The notes: generated by a model not told the origin, from the letters alone. A stretch of 64,000 nucleotides of DNA from Octopus vulgaris (GCA_951406725.2 OX597823.1:19282001-19346000), one strand, 5' to 3'. Positions 11,008 through 22,779 are shown, counted from the stretch's first letter. Program-made: numbers and translations.

Positions 11008-11596
11008 ACATTATTTACATTTGACGGATATTTGTCCTCACCTTGTTTGTTGTTAACACAACTTTTCAGCTGATATCCTCTCTAAACATCATGAACCTGG
11101 GTTCTCATTCCTAAGGTATTTTTCGATGCTGTTATTATTCAGGTCACTGCCTGGAATCGAACTCGGAATCTTGGGGTTAGTAGCCCGCACTTTTAACCAC
11201 TACGCCATATGCCCGTAGGCAATTATAAAGTGAATTTTAGGGCTTATAAATCTAATATTTTTCTATCCTTCCTTAATACCGGTTCCCATATGCTACTCAT
11301 ATCTGCATTAGGTCTGCTTAGGAGGTTATTATGTCCTAGCATATGTGCTGCTTCTTTTGGTTTTTGTATTTTCCAGTTTGATTCCAGACAGTGACCGGAA
11401 TAATAATAATAATAATAATAGTAATATTGAAAAATACCTTAGGAATGAGAACCCAGGTTTGAAATTTCCCCAAGACACCTGATGAAGGCTGGAGAGTATA
11501 TCAACCGAAATGTTAGGTTAACAACAAACAAGATGAGGACAAATATCTGTCAAATGTAAATGTACATAATTCCTTGTCTCTTAAATATAGAACTGT
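11008..11596 (-). mobile_element. Penelope-like element 3' fragment with an inverted terminal-repeat copy, a tRNA-like segment and hammerhead-like motifs
   Basis: 11244-11396(-) reads ESNWKIQKPKEAAHMLGHNNLLSRPNADMSSIWEPVL, typical of the C-terminus of Penelope GIY-YIG ORFs. 11008-11160 is inversely repeated at 11378-11565. CTGATGA...GAAA at about 11479-11509. Confidence 0.7.
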
Positions 11597-12639
11597 ATGT
11601 AGAATTGTTTGTCATATTCACATAAATATACTGTTGAAAGTGTAGAAACTATGACACTCATCTTGAGGAATCATCTTGTATCAATGTATTAGTAGCAGAT
11701 GAAAAATGTCTGGCAGCAGTTATGGAATTGCTGAATATGTATTTCTGCGTCTATGAGTATCATCAACAGCAAGCATTGACAAACACCACATACCAAGATA
11801 AATTTAGTCTCTACTTGATAAGAAAAAAAAAAAAAGACTTGAGAGATATCCTAGAAGAAAAATAAACTTTTATTTTTTAAAATTATTTTTTCACATTCAG
11901 CACTTGTGTCAATTAGAGAATGGAAGGTTTAAAATACATTCTCAGTTAAGAACAATTTCTTAAGTCTTCATCTCTCCACCCTAAGTAAAAATATAAGAAT
12001 TTTATTTTATGCAGTTTCATATCAGCTGCAAAGCATGAAGGAATTAATAAATTTTCCTAAATGATCAATGCTATCAAAATCTGCATGACAAGCTTACAAA
12101 CACTGATTTTATTATTTTCCTACTATTTTAGTTGATAGTGTGTTGCAAATTTAAGTTTACTATTGGTACCTTGTGTTTCACTAAAGAAGCATGCTTTGTT
12201 AAATCAGATTTCTGAGCTCATCTTTCAACATCACTTTCTTTACAAAATACTTTATTGCTATCATACTTTCTTTCTCTCTCACTGAGTTTGAAAATTGTAG
12301 ATTGGTTAAGCGCGACTTTTGAAGCATTTTAGTCACTTGAATAATTGAAATTTAGTTTGTTCAGACTTTTATCACAATGAAATGCCATCATCAACTCCAG
12401 ATTCCTTTGAATTTAGTACATCAGGGAGCTTAATGATAGCTCAATATGTTAGAAGTAACAGCCAAATATTCCTCAATTTACACCGTAATCTTAAAGAGGA
12501 ATACATGGAAAAAAAGTCACTCCACTGTCTTTAAAAAGTGTATATTAGCACAAATATAAATTTATAACTGATTTCCTGTCACACTATCTTATTCTATCCT
12601 TAGAGTAAACTGTTACTAAACAGATCTAATCATAAAATA

Positions 12640-13030
12640 GGCGCAGGAGTGGCTGTGTGGTAAGTAGCTTGCTAACCAACCACATGGTTCCGGGTTCAGT
12701 CCCACTGCATGGCATCTTGGGCAAGTGTCTTCTGCTATAACCCCAGGCCGACCAATGCCTTGTGAGTGGATTTGGTAGACGGAAACTGAAAGAAGCCTGT
12801 CGTATATATATGTGTTTGTGTGTCTGTGTTTGTCCCCCTAGCATTGCTTGACAACCGAAGCTGGTGTGTTTACGTCCCCGTCACTTAGTGGTTCGGCAAA
12901 AGTGACCGATAGAATAAGTACTGGGCTTACAAAGAATAAGTCCCAGGGTCGATTTGCTCAACTAAAGGCGGTGCTCCAGCATGGCCGCAGTCAAATGACT
13001 GAAACAAGTAAAAGAGTAAAGAGTAAGAGT
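12640..13030 (+). mobile_element. SINE family A
   Basis: Homologous to 4805-5219. Confidence 0.88.
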
Positions 13031-13475
13031 ATACCTGCCCACGAAGATTTCAATTCCAAATTCAATAATGCCATTTGGAATGATTGAAACCAGATGTCAA
13101 AATTAATTTTAAGAAATATTGAAATTTTACATTGAATTTCTGAAAATGATGTTTAAAAATGGTACTGCGAATGTGTAATTTTTGATTGAGCTGGAAGAAT
13201 TTATTTAGGACAGTTGATATAAGTGATAGTCCTGTATGAGTTATTGTATGATGTAATCAATGCTAACTGATCAATACTTCTGTGAATTTCAAATGGGAAA
13301 TAAAAGTTTGAAGAATTTCACATTACTAGATCTTTATTTATTCATTGTTTCCTTGAGCTGTATTGATGAATTACAGTTCAGATATAATTCCACAGTAATT
13401 ACACTCACCTGTGATATATTTTTTCAAGGTTGTGTGTTTATAATACAATATCAACCAAAGTAAGAGAGACTATGG

Positions 13476-13672
13476 CAGTGGTTTTCAACCAAGGTTCCTC
13501 GGAACCTTAGGGTTCCACAAGAAGTTACAAAACTGCTAAAATCGGCAGTAATTTTTAATTCTCCTGTGCAGATATGTGTGCATAAGACTATTAAATTATT
13601 GCACAGGGGTTCCTCGAGCGAGTGGAATGTTTCCTTGGGGTTCCGCTCCAGCAAAATGTTTGAAAAGCACTG
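13476..13672. mobile_element. hAT-type MITE (same family as 36831-37034)
   Basis: Same TIRs, 8-bp TSD GACTATGG. Confidence 0.9.
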
Positions 13673-13687
13673 GACTATGGTATTTAA

Positions 13688-13908
13688 CCCTTTCGTTACC
13701 AACTCAGCTGAAACCGGCTCTGGCTCTGTAGTACAAATGTCTTGTTTTCATAAGTTTTGAATTAAAATCTTTCACCAAACCTTAGTCACAATTTAGGTTC
13801 CTAACACTAGCTGAATGATAACTAAGTTATTTTACTAAATTCTTTGTTATATTTTAAGTAATTGAAAGAAATACAGAGCATCTCAAAATAAATACAGTAA
13901 CGAAAGGG
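13688..13908. mobile_element. TTAA-flanked (piggyBac-type) MITE
   Basis: TTAA|CCCTTTCGTTAC...GTAACGAAAGGG|TTAA. Confidence 0.88.
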
Positions 13909-14533
13909 TTAATTAGTCGACAAATTTTACTTGTCAGCTAAAAATTTCATATAAATGAATGTTGGAATAGAAAACTAAACTGTGTTACCCACAAAATTTT
14001 CAAGTTATGCAACCCCCCCCCCCCCAAAAAAAAACAACAAAAAACAGCATAATCCAATACTTGTAGCCCAATCTGATAACCATAGTCTTCAGTTAGTACC
14101 AACTCTAGAATTAACGTAAGCTATATACAGCTGTTGTCTACTCCTGTCTAATTACTAGTTTTGGCACCACTGCTTGGCTATAATTAAAGTATCAGGTCTT
14201 TGATTAATGGTTTTGTACGTGGCTAATCTAATATAGCCATAGAAACTCTCTCTGTTTATCTCTCTCTCTCTCTCTCTCTCTTTTACTCTGTCTCTCTCTC
14301 TATCTCTCTCTCTGAATGAGTTTCTTCTTGGCATTCTCCTTGCCTGCCTCCCTCTGACTTGCCTTCCTTCTATCCTTATCATTCTCTCCCTACTTTTTCA
14401 CTTCCACTCTTTGTCTCTCTCTCCCTTCTACCTATTCTCTTACCTCTGTCTCTTACACTCACTCATTCCTGAACTCAGAACTCCCTAAGTACTAAGCAGA
14501 AAAAGAAAAGAAAAAACAAAAAAAAAGAACAGA

Positions 14534-14745
14534 CAATGGCCCAGTGGTTAGGGCAGCGGACTTGCGGTCGGAGGATCGCGGTTTCGATTCCCAGACCGGG
14601 CGTTGTGTGTGTTTATTGAGCGAAAACACCTAAAAGCTCCACGAGGCTCCGGCAGGGGATGGTGGTGATCCCTGCTGTACTCTTTCACCACTCTAAAAGG
14701 CGGTGCTCCAGCATGGCTGCAGTCAAATGACTGAAACAAGTACAA
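14534..14745 (+). mobile_element. Chimeric SINE: family B head joined to the family A 3' end
   Basis: B head to about 14692, then aaaggcggtgctccagcatgg...gaaacaagta. Confidence 0.8.
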
Positions 14746-15395
14746 AAAAAAAAAAAAAAATACAATGACATGTTCCTTTCAAATTAGTCATCTGTTTCCT
14801 GTATTAGTATACCACACCATTGCACCTATGCCTATAGCTGTTACTTTGCTACTTCACAATCATTAAATCTCAATCCTTCACTCTTGTTACTCCATTTTCA
14901 CTAACATTTTAATCCTTGATAATAAACAACCACATTCTGGCCACTTCAGTGATTAATATTGTGCTGGTGCTCCAGCCTGGTCAGGAACATCACAGTAATC
15001 TAAAATGATTAATGAAGGCCTCCAGTTTTCATCTATTCGACTTGATCCTCACTAACCTCACCCATATCAGTTGTGGGTTGCATGCAACCTGCAGGACTTT
15101 CTGTGTGGCCTGCTGAACGAAAACCTTTTTTTAGTAATGTGGTTTGCTTTATGGTAAGCTTTGTCTCATGTGGGCCCACTTCATGGAAAAGGTTGCCCCA
15201 AAATGAGAAACCTGTTATTTCAACAACACATTGAGTCAGATGTAATTTAATAAGGCCTCATTGAGGTAAATGTCATTAACTATATTATTATTCTACTTGT
15301 CATATGTGTTCGAGTGTTACACCTTGAACAACCTTCACTATGGAACTGAATTCTTAACCTGATAAAATATGAAAGTCTGTAAAGTGATGCTTTAA

Positions 15396-15918
15396 CCCTT
15401 TAGCATTTAAACCACCCATATCTGGCCAAATATTCTACTTATTTTACGTTCAAACCAGCCAGATCCAGCCTCTTACACCTACCCTATCATGTCATTCCAA
15501 AAAAAATACTTTACTTACAGTGAGCCACCACATAGTGTGCTATCAGTGATTGAAATAGCATAAGAGAGACAATCTCTTTGATCAGTTCGAGGTGTCACCT
15601 GCCTGGTGTCTGTGACCAAAGAGGAGACAACTGCTCCGAAATGCTGACATTTCAGTAGGTGGTGCTGTGAACTGATCTAGGTGTATCCACACCATTTGTC
15701 AGCAGCAAGAAATTTTCTGTATGCCAAAACACAGTGAATAGCTTGTTCTTCAGTTTGAATGTACCTCAAGCATATTTGCACTGGTAAATAACATTGCATT
15801 AAAAAAAAATATTATCACATCATTGAAATTTTAAAGCTGCAAGGTAATGCGTGATGAATTCAAAGCAATGTAAATGAATATGCCTTACATTTGACAGAAT
15901 AATCTGAACGCTAAAGGG
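15396..15918. mobile_element. TTAA-flanked MITE, second family
   Basis: TTAA|CCCTTTAGC...GCTAAAGGG|TTAA. Confidence 0.78.
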
Positions 15919-15946
15919 TTAAAATTGAAATAGCAACAATTATTAA

Positions 15947-16432
15947 TCATCATCGTTTAATGTCTGCTTTCCATGCTAGCATGGGTTGGATGATTTTGAC
16001 TGAAGGCTGGCCAACCAGATGGCTGCACCAGGCCCCAGTCTGGCAGATTTTCTACAGTTGGATGCCCTTTCTAATACCAACCACTCCGAGAGTAGTGGGT
16101 GCTTTTTACGTACCACCGGCACGGGGGCCAGTCAGGCGGTACTGGCAATGACCTCACTCGAATCTTTTTACAGGTGCCAGTGAAGTGACGTTGGTAACGA
16201 TCACGCTCGAATGGTGCCTTTTTACGTGCCATGGGTACGGAGGCCAGTTGGCTGCTCTGGCAACGATCATGCTTGGATGGTGTTCTTGGCACCCTACTAG
16301 CACAGGCATAAGTGCCAGTAAGGCGACGCTGGTAACAATCATACTCGAATAGCTGCTCTGTCAACGATCACACTTGTATGGTGCTCTTTGCACCCCGCTA
16401 GCATGGATGCCAGTCATCGAAATGATTTTGAT
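15947..16432 (-). mobile_element. RTE 3' UTR/tail copy
   Basis: Reverse complement of the shared 3' end. Confidence 0.85.
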
Positions 16433-16665
16433 TTAATCATGTAAATATTAAAGAAATTCAGCTGTCTGGTGCTTAAGCCATTTGATACCGGTCCATGTGA
16501 GATTGCTCCTGGTTCTGTTGTACAAACATCTTGTTTGAAAAGAACCTCAATCAAAACCTTCCATCAAAATTCTGTTTTGCGTGTCAAACACCAGCTTAAT
16601 AACAGACAACATTATTTTACTAAATTCTCCATTATTTTAAAAATAAATGGAAACGAGGGTAGTGT

Positions 16666-17096
16666 ATCATCATCATTTAATGTCCGCTTTCCATGCTAGC
16701 ATGGGTTGGACGATTTGACTGAGGTCTGGCGAATCAGACTCCAGTCTGATCTGGCAGAGTTTCTACAGCTTGATGCCCTTCCTAACGCCAACCACTCCGA
16801 GAGTGTAGTGGGTGCTTTTACGTGCCAGTTTGGTGGTACTGGCAACGGCCACGTCCAAATAGTGCTTTTTACGTGCCACCTGCACAGGAGCCAGTCCAGC
16901 AGCACTGGCGACGTCCTCGCTCGAATGTTTCACGTGCCACTAGCACGAGTGCTAGTAATGATCATGCTCGAACGGTGTGCTTAACGTGCCACCGGCACGA
17001 AGGCAGGTTTGTTGCTCTGGCAACGTTCTCACTCGTATGGTACTCTTAGCGCTCCACTAGCAACGGATGTCAGTCACCAAGTTTGATTTCGACTTC
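16666..17096 (-). mobile_element. RTE 3' UTR/tail copy nested in a degenerate TTAA-type MITE (about 16484-17130)
   Basis: Shared tail; the flanks resemble the MITE at 13688-13908. Confidence 0.8.
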
Positions 17097-17204
17097 AAAT
17101 CAACAGAAATTTGGTGGTGAAAGGGTTAAACAATCTGCTGTGCCTTGACGATAGCAACGATTAAAGTGTGCTATATGGTTGGTGGGTTGTTTTTCTTTCT
17201 CTAG

Positions 17205-17310
17205 AGTGTAAGGCTAACAGAGAAAATTACGGATATTTTATTACGACAGAGATAATAAAAAAAACAGTTTGCTAAGTAATAATGATGCTAGGACACAGAT
17301 CTCCATCACG
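17205..17310 (+). other. Candidate cassette exon: 106 nt with a premature stop from acceptor 17205, or 90 nt in frame from acceptor 17221 (RKLRIFYYDRDNKKNSLLSNNDARTQISIT)
   Basis: ttttctttctctag ends at 17204, a second cag ends at 17220, ACG|gtgagt donor at 17311. Non-repetitive island between transposons. Confidence 0.35.
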
Positions 17311-17410
17311 GTGAGTCTTCTGTCTCTGTTATTACCTAGCACGCTCTTTTTTATCGTCTCTAACTATTGCAACGTAGTGTAATCAGTGGCAACACTGTTT
17401 TATTGTAACC

Positions 17411-17650
17411 TATTTCTTTATTACCCACAAAGGGCTAAACATAGAGGGGACAAACAAGGACAGACATAGGTATTAAGTCGATTACATCGACCCCAGTGCG
17501 TAACTGGTACTTTAATTTATCGACCCCGAAAGGATGAAAGGCAAAGTCGACCTCGGCGGAATTTGAACTCAGAACGTAACGGCAGACGAAATACCGCAAA
17601 GCATTTCGCCCGGCGTGCTAACGTTTCTGCCAGCTCGCCACCTTTTATAA
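17411..17650 (-). mobile_element. SINE family C (MetaSINE-like core)
   Basis: gcctttcatcctttcggggtcgataaattaaagtaccag core. 20-bp TSD AACACTGTTTTATTGTAACC at 17391-17410 and 17651-17670. Confidence 0.88.
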
Positions 17651-18260
17651 AACACTGTTTTATTGTAACCGTTTTACTACATCTTTCACTGTCTTGTGTT
17701 AGTACTGACTGTAGACTTCACCTTTCATTGTGCTTCATTTTTAATATATTTAAATATTTTCTTTCTTCTCTCCAATAAAATCTCTACACCAAGTAGAAAA
17801 AGAAAATATTTTGAAATTTCTTTGTCAAACTCACTATTCCTCACATACATTCACTTTCATTGTTATAATTTCACGCATAGACATATATTTGATGTTAAAC
17901 CCCTGTTTAATGACTTAATTTTCCCTTTTTGTTAATCACCACCCCTGCATTGTTAAATGTATCCTATTTTCAACCACCACCCTTGAATATACCCTGTTAA
18001 CACCTTCTCTATTAACCTGTTCCTCCCTCGTTAACCTCCTTCCCATCCTTCGTGTTTAACCATGTCCTGCTAACAACCTTGTGTTTTTTAACCATTTCTT
18101 ATATTGTTAATGCTATATTGTTTAACTTTTACCCCTGCTCATGTTAACCCAACCCTATAGCTGATGTTCACCTCTGTTAATACCTACAATTGTTAACCCT
18201 CAGTTTCTAAAACCTTTCAAACCCTGTTGTTATCAATAGTCACATTTTCTCATTGTGTAG

Positions 18261-18290
18261 ATTACTATAGTGGACAGCCATGGTCGTGTG
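18261..18290 (+). CDS. AFDN: Candidate alternative 30-nt microexon B of afadin (ITIVDSHGRV)
   Basis: ttttctcattgtgtag acceptor, GTG|gtaagt donor, phase 0, 28/30 nt identical to microexon A. Confidence 0.6.
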
Positions 18291-18949
18291 GTAAGTAAGC
18301 GTGAAATGACCAAGCCATTGGTCTCGCACTCTGTGTGTCTGGTGACTATTTACGACTGTGTTGTGTCTCTCTCTCTCTCTCTGCCTGTTCATGTTATGAC
18401 AAACGTATATTGGTCTTGATTTAATGTCATGGTCACTTCAGGGTCACCTTACCTCAATATTTGAGGAAATGGTGAATCATTTATTCACTGATGCATGGTT
18501 TCATGTATAACACAGGTGCATACACACTGTGTGATTTTATATACATATATGCACACACACATACATTAATATGCATGTGTATATGTGTATATGTATGATG
18601 AATGCAAAATGTTCATATATATATATACACAAATATTCACACACATATATACACACATGTGCACATATACATGTGCATATATTGTATAAGTAGCATGTTG
18701 TTATGAAATTGTACCTATTGGCTATTTTGTAGTATAGTTTCTTGTCTCAGTCACTGACTTTGAGTCAATTTTCTTCTGTTAGTACTGTTTGTAGAACTAG
18801 TTTCTAAAATAGTGTAACTCTACTCTATATACAACTGCCTGTCTTCTGTTAGTACCAACTGTAGAATTAGTGTAAACTATACTGTATATGCTACTGCCTG
18901 TCTTCAGATATCACCTGTCAGAACTACTGTAAACTATATATATATATGT

Positions 18950-19334
18950 AATATTATTGTTCTTTCTTATGTAAAATATAGAACTGCTTTAGAATTAAGA
19001 TATAAACTCAAATTAGGCAATTACACAGTTATAAATTTGACTTAAAATGCACATACATATATTAATACATATTGGCACATGAATTTTTTTTTTATATTTA
19101 TAAAATGTATATATATAAATGGGTTGTATTTACATACACTTTTACGCATGTATATGTTTTATAAATATTTAAAAAAATATTCATATGTGTCCATGTATTA
19201 ATATATGTATGTGCATTTTAAGTCGAATTTATAACTGTATGAGTATGATTGCCTAATTTGAGTTTATATCTTAATTATCTTTTGTTTTACGTTCGACCTG
19301 CGCGGTTCTATATTTTTCGTAAGAAAGAAGAGCA

Positions 19335-19339
<5 letters not shown>
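18950..19339. repeat. Long inverted repeat flanked by (TA)n
   Basis: aattaagatataaactcaaattaggcaat / attgcctaatttgagtttatatcttaatt and further nested matches. Confidence 0.88.
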
Positions 19340-19373
<34 letters not shown>

Positions 19374-20133
19374 TCTGCTGCCTGTTCTCAGTTAGTATCA
19401 ACCAGAGAACTAGTGTAAATGCTACTGTAGCTTAGACAACTGTACATGTTTACAAAAACTTGAAATCGGTTCTGTCTTTAGTTAAACCAACTCGAGAACT
19501 AGTGCAAATTACACTATTTATGCTACTGCCTGCTCTGATCTAATTACTAGTTTTAAACTCCAATTCTATGCATTTGTTTATTACTGGTCTGTAATCAAGG
19601 TATTAGGTCTTCGATAAAGGTTTTACCTGTGACTAATCTAACACAGCTCCATAAACTTGGTCTGCCTGTCTCTCTACCTTTGAGTTTCTTCTTGGCAATC
19701 TTGTACTTGCTTGCCTCTTTGATTCACCCCCTTCTGCATTTTCTTCTCTTTCTCCCTTCTATTATCTCTCTTCTGTCTATCCATTCTCTTTTATTTACAC
19801 ACCTACTCTTTTATTTTCTTCTCTCTGTCTTTCAGATTCATTCTCAACCTTATTAACTCTAAGGAATTTATGTAGACATTTGATGTCCTGCTCCTTTCAA
19901 ATTAGTGATTGCTTTATTGTAGCGTTGTACCACCTCATTGCACCTATGCAATAGCTGTTACTTTGCTGCTTTCACTTACAGTAATCGAATCCTCAACCTT
20001 AAGCAATTTACTGTACTTTCAACTGAAAGATCAGTTCCTTGTAATAAACAATCACATTCTGGCTATTTTATTGGTTACAGTTGTGCTTGATACTTCTGCC
20101 TGATCCAGAACACATCTATAATCTAAATTGACT

Positions 20134-20506
20134 GGATGGAAGCACTCCGTCGGTTACGACGACAAGGGTTCCGGTTGATCCGAATCAACGGAACAGCCTG
20201 CTCGTGAAATTAACGTGTAAGTGGCTGAGCATTCCACAGACACGTGTACCCTTAACGTAGTTCTCGGGGATATTCAGCGTGACACAGAGAGTGACAAGGC
20301 CAGCCCTTTGAAATACAGGTACAACAGAAACAGGAAGTAAGAGTGAGAGGGAGAGAAAGTTGTGGTGAAAGAGTACAGCAGGGATCACCACCACCCCCTG
20401 CCGGAGCCTCATGGAGCTTTAGGTGTTTTCGCTTAATACACTCACAACGCCCGGTCTGGGAATCGAAACCGCGATCCTACGACCGCGAGTTCGCTGCCCT
20501 AACCAC
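20134..20506 (-). mobile_element. SINE family B, tail type 2
   Basis: Same head, different 3' half. 11-bp TSD CTAAATTGACT at 20123-20133 and 20507-20517. Confidence 0.88.
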
Positions 20507-20763
20507 CTAAATTGACTAAATCTCCAGTCAAGACACTGGTACACCAGCTTAGTCAAACCCTCCCTTTTAGTATATTAAGTGTTCTAGAAATTAAAGAATT
20601 GAAGACACTAAACCAATACCTTGAAAAGTGACTCAAAGCAAAGAATAGAGCTTTATTTATCAAATAAGACAGACAACTTGAAAGTTTTACGCAAATTGGT
20701 TTTCCAAACACTTTTGTTGACTTCAGCCAAACTTTGAGAGCTTCTGTTTCCTCTACATGTTTC

Positions 20764-21005
20764 TTATTTCTTTATTGCCCACAAGGGGCTAAACAGAGAG
20801 GGGACAAACAAGGACAGACAAAGGGATTAAGTTGATTACATCGACCCCAGTGCGTAACTGGTACTTAATTCATCAACTCTGAAAGGAGGAAAAGCAAAAA
20901 AGCAAAGTTGACCTCAGTGGAATTTGAACTCAGAATGTATCGGCAGACGAAATACCGCTAAACATTTCACCCGGCATGCTAACGTTTCTGCCAGCTCGCT
21001 GCCTT
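20764..21005 (-). mobile_element. SINE family C
   Basis: Homologous to 17411-17650. Confidence 0.85.
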
Positions 21006-21569
21006 CTGTTTCTGCCCCTCTATCATGCTTTTATGTCCTTCAATACCCCACTCAGTCAAAGGGTCTTGTTTTGCAAGTTCTTGGTATCCCCACTTGTGCT
21101 GGTTCTATGAAAAAGCATTCAGTACAATCTATAGAAAGGGCATCCTGCTGTAGAAAACATGCCAAAGATGTTGGAGCTCTGTGCAGCCCTCTGGTTTGTC
21201 GGTTCCTATTAAACTATCCGTTCCATACCAGTATGGAAAAAGGGATATTAAATGATTTGTAATTGATTTAGAAATACATTAAAATTTCTTGACAGAAGGG
21301 CAACTACTGCTAGTTTCAAATCTAAAATTCTAGCCTGCTACACACATGTACAGGTTTTGCAACTTGATGAGAATCCAAATATTTTGGGGGATTCTAAAAT
21401 GGCTGGTGTCACCTTTTCAGTTCAGGAATTTTATATTTCTGAATCAGTAATTATTGAATATATGAGAAGAAAAAAAAGACACAGATACAGGCATACACAC
21501 TTTTATAAAATAATTTCATTAGTTTTTAGTTTTGGAGAAAATGGCATGATTATAAAAATCATTTTTAAA

Positions 21570-21757
21570 GTTTTATATTTAAGAGATGAGGAATTATGTA
21601 CATTATTTACATCTGACATATTTTTGTCCTCATCTTGTTAACATTTCAGCTGATATACCCAAGACACCTGATGAAGGCTGGAGGGTAGATCAGCCAAAAC
21701 ATTGTGTTAACAACAAACAAGATGAGGACAAATATCCGCCAAATGTAAATAATGTCC
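21570..21757. mobile_element. Palindromic deletion derivative of the same Penelope-like terminal repeat
   Basis: Both arms match 11008-11075 and 11470-11596; degenerate hammerhead core at 21661-21710. Confidence 0.7.
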
Positions 21758-22779
21758 ATTTTTAAAGGTTCTGCATTTCCTCTACAAGTATTCACTGTCA
21801 CGTTTATTTGAGATTTTCTTTAATGCAACACACCCATAGTTCTCTTAGCTAGTGAGTAACTAGTTTGATTATTATCATTATTATTATTAAGGTGGTGAGC
21901 TGGCGGCATAATTGGGATGAAACTTCATTCCAAAAATGTTTGTTCCAGTAAATTGTGGCATTTTTAAAGAATTGTCCAAAGAGAATATTTATCAAAATTC
22001 TTTAAAATTGTGTTCATTGATTGGCAGCAGTGTGTGTTCTCTCTCTCTTTTTAATGTCCATTGTCCATGCTGGCATGGGTTGGACGGTTTGATTGAAAAC
22101 TGATAAACTGGGGAGCTGCACCAGGCTTAAATCTGATTCGGCATGGTTTTTTTCAGCTGGATACCCTTCCTAATACCAAACACTCCAGGAGTGTAGTGAG
22201 TGCTTTTTACATACCACCAGCACAGGTGCCAGTTATGAAACACTGGCATTGACCACAACTGTGATCTAACTTGGCTTGACAGGTGAGCTGGCACACCAGA
22301 CAAAATGCTTAGTGGAATTTCGTCCACGTTTATATTCTGTGTTCAAATGCTGCCAAGGTCGACTTTGCCTTTCAGCCTCTCATGGTTGATAAAAGAAATA
22401 CCAGTCAAGCACTGGGGTCAGTGTAGTTGACTAGCCCACTTACCTAAAATTTCAGCCTTTGTGGCTATAGTAGAATGGATTATTATTATTACATTTTTAT
22501 TATTATTATTATAATTAAGTGTCCAATATTATAAAATTTTCACCACCCACAAAATAATAATCCCTTTATGAACTATTATTAATGAACACCTGATCTGTTG
22601 CTGCTGAGCTCCAGAGCAGTACTGATCATGTGCACTTAGTTCAAAGGCATTGTTAAATAAATGCATGACCTGCTAAATATAGCAGCCAGGTCTCCCTTCC
22701 TACTTACCTCTTAAATAGGGAAAGACACATTGGTTAATGTAATTGTCCTATATATATATATATATATATATATATGACT

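Noticed and set aside
11143-11214. tRNA gene (and the tRNA-like SINE heads)
   Set aside because: Acceptor and T stems are broken and the segment is embedded in a mobile element; treated as tRNA-derived only.
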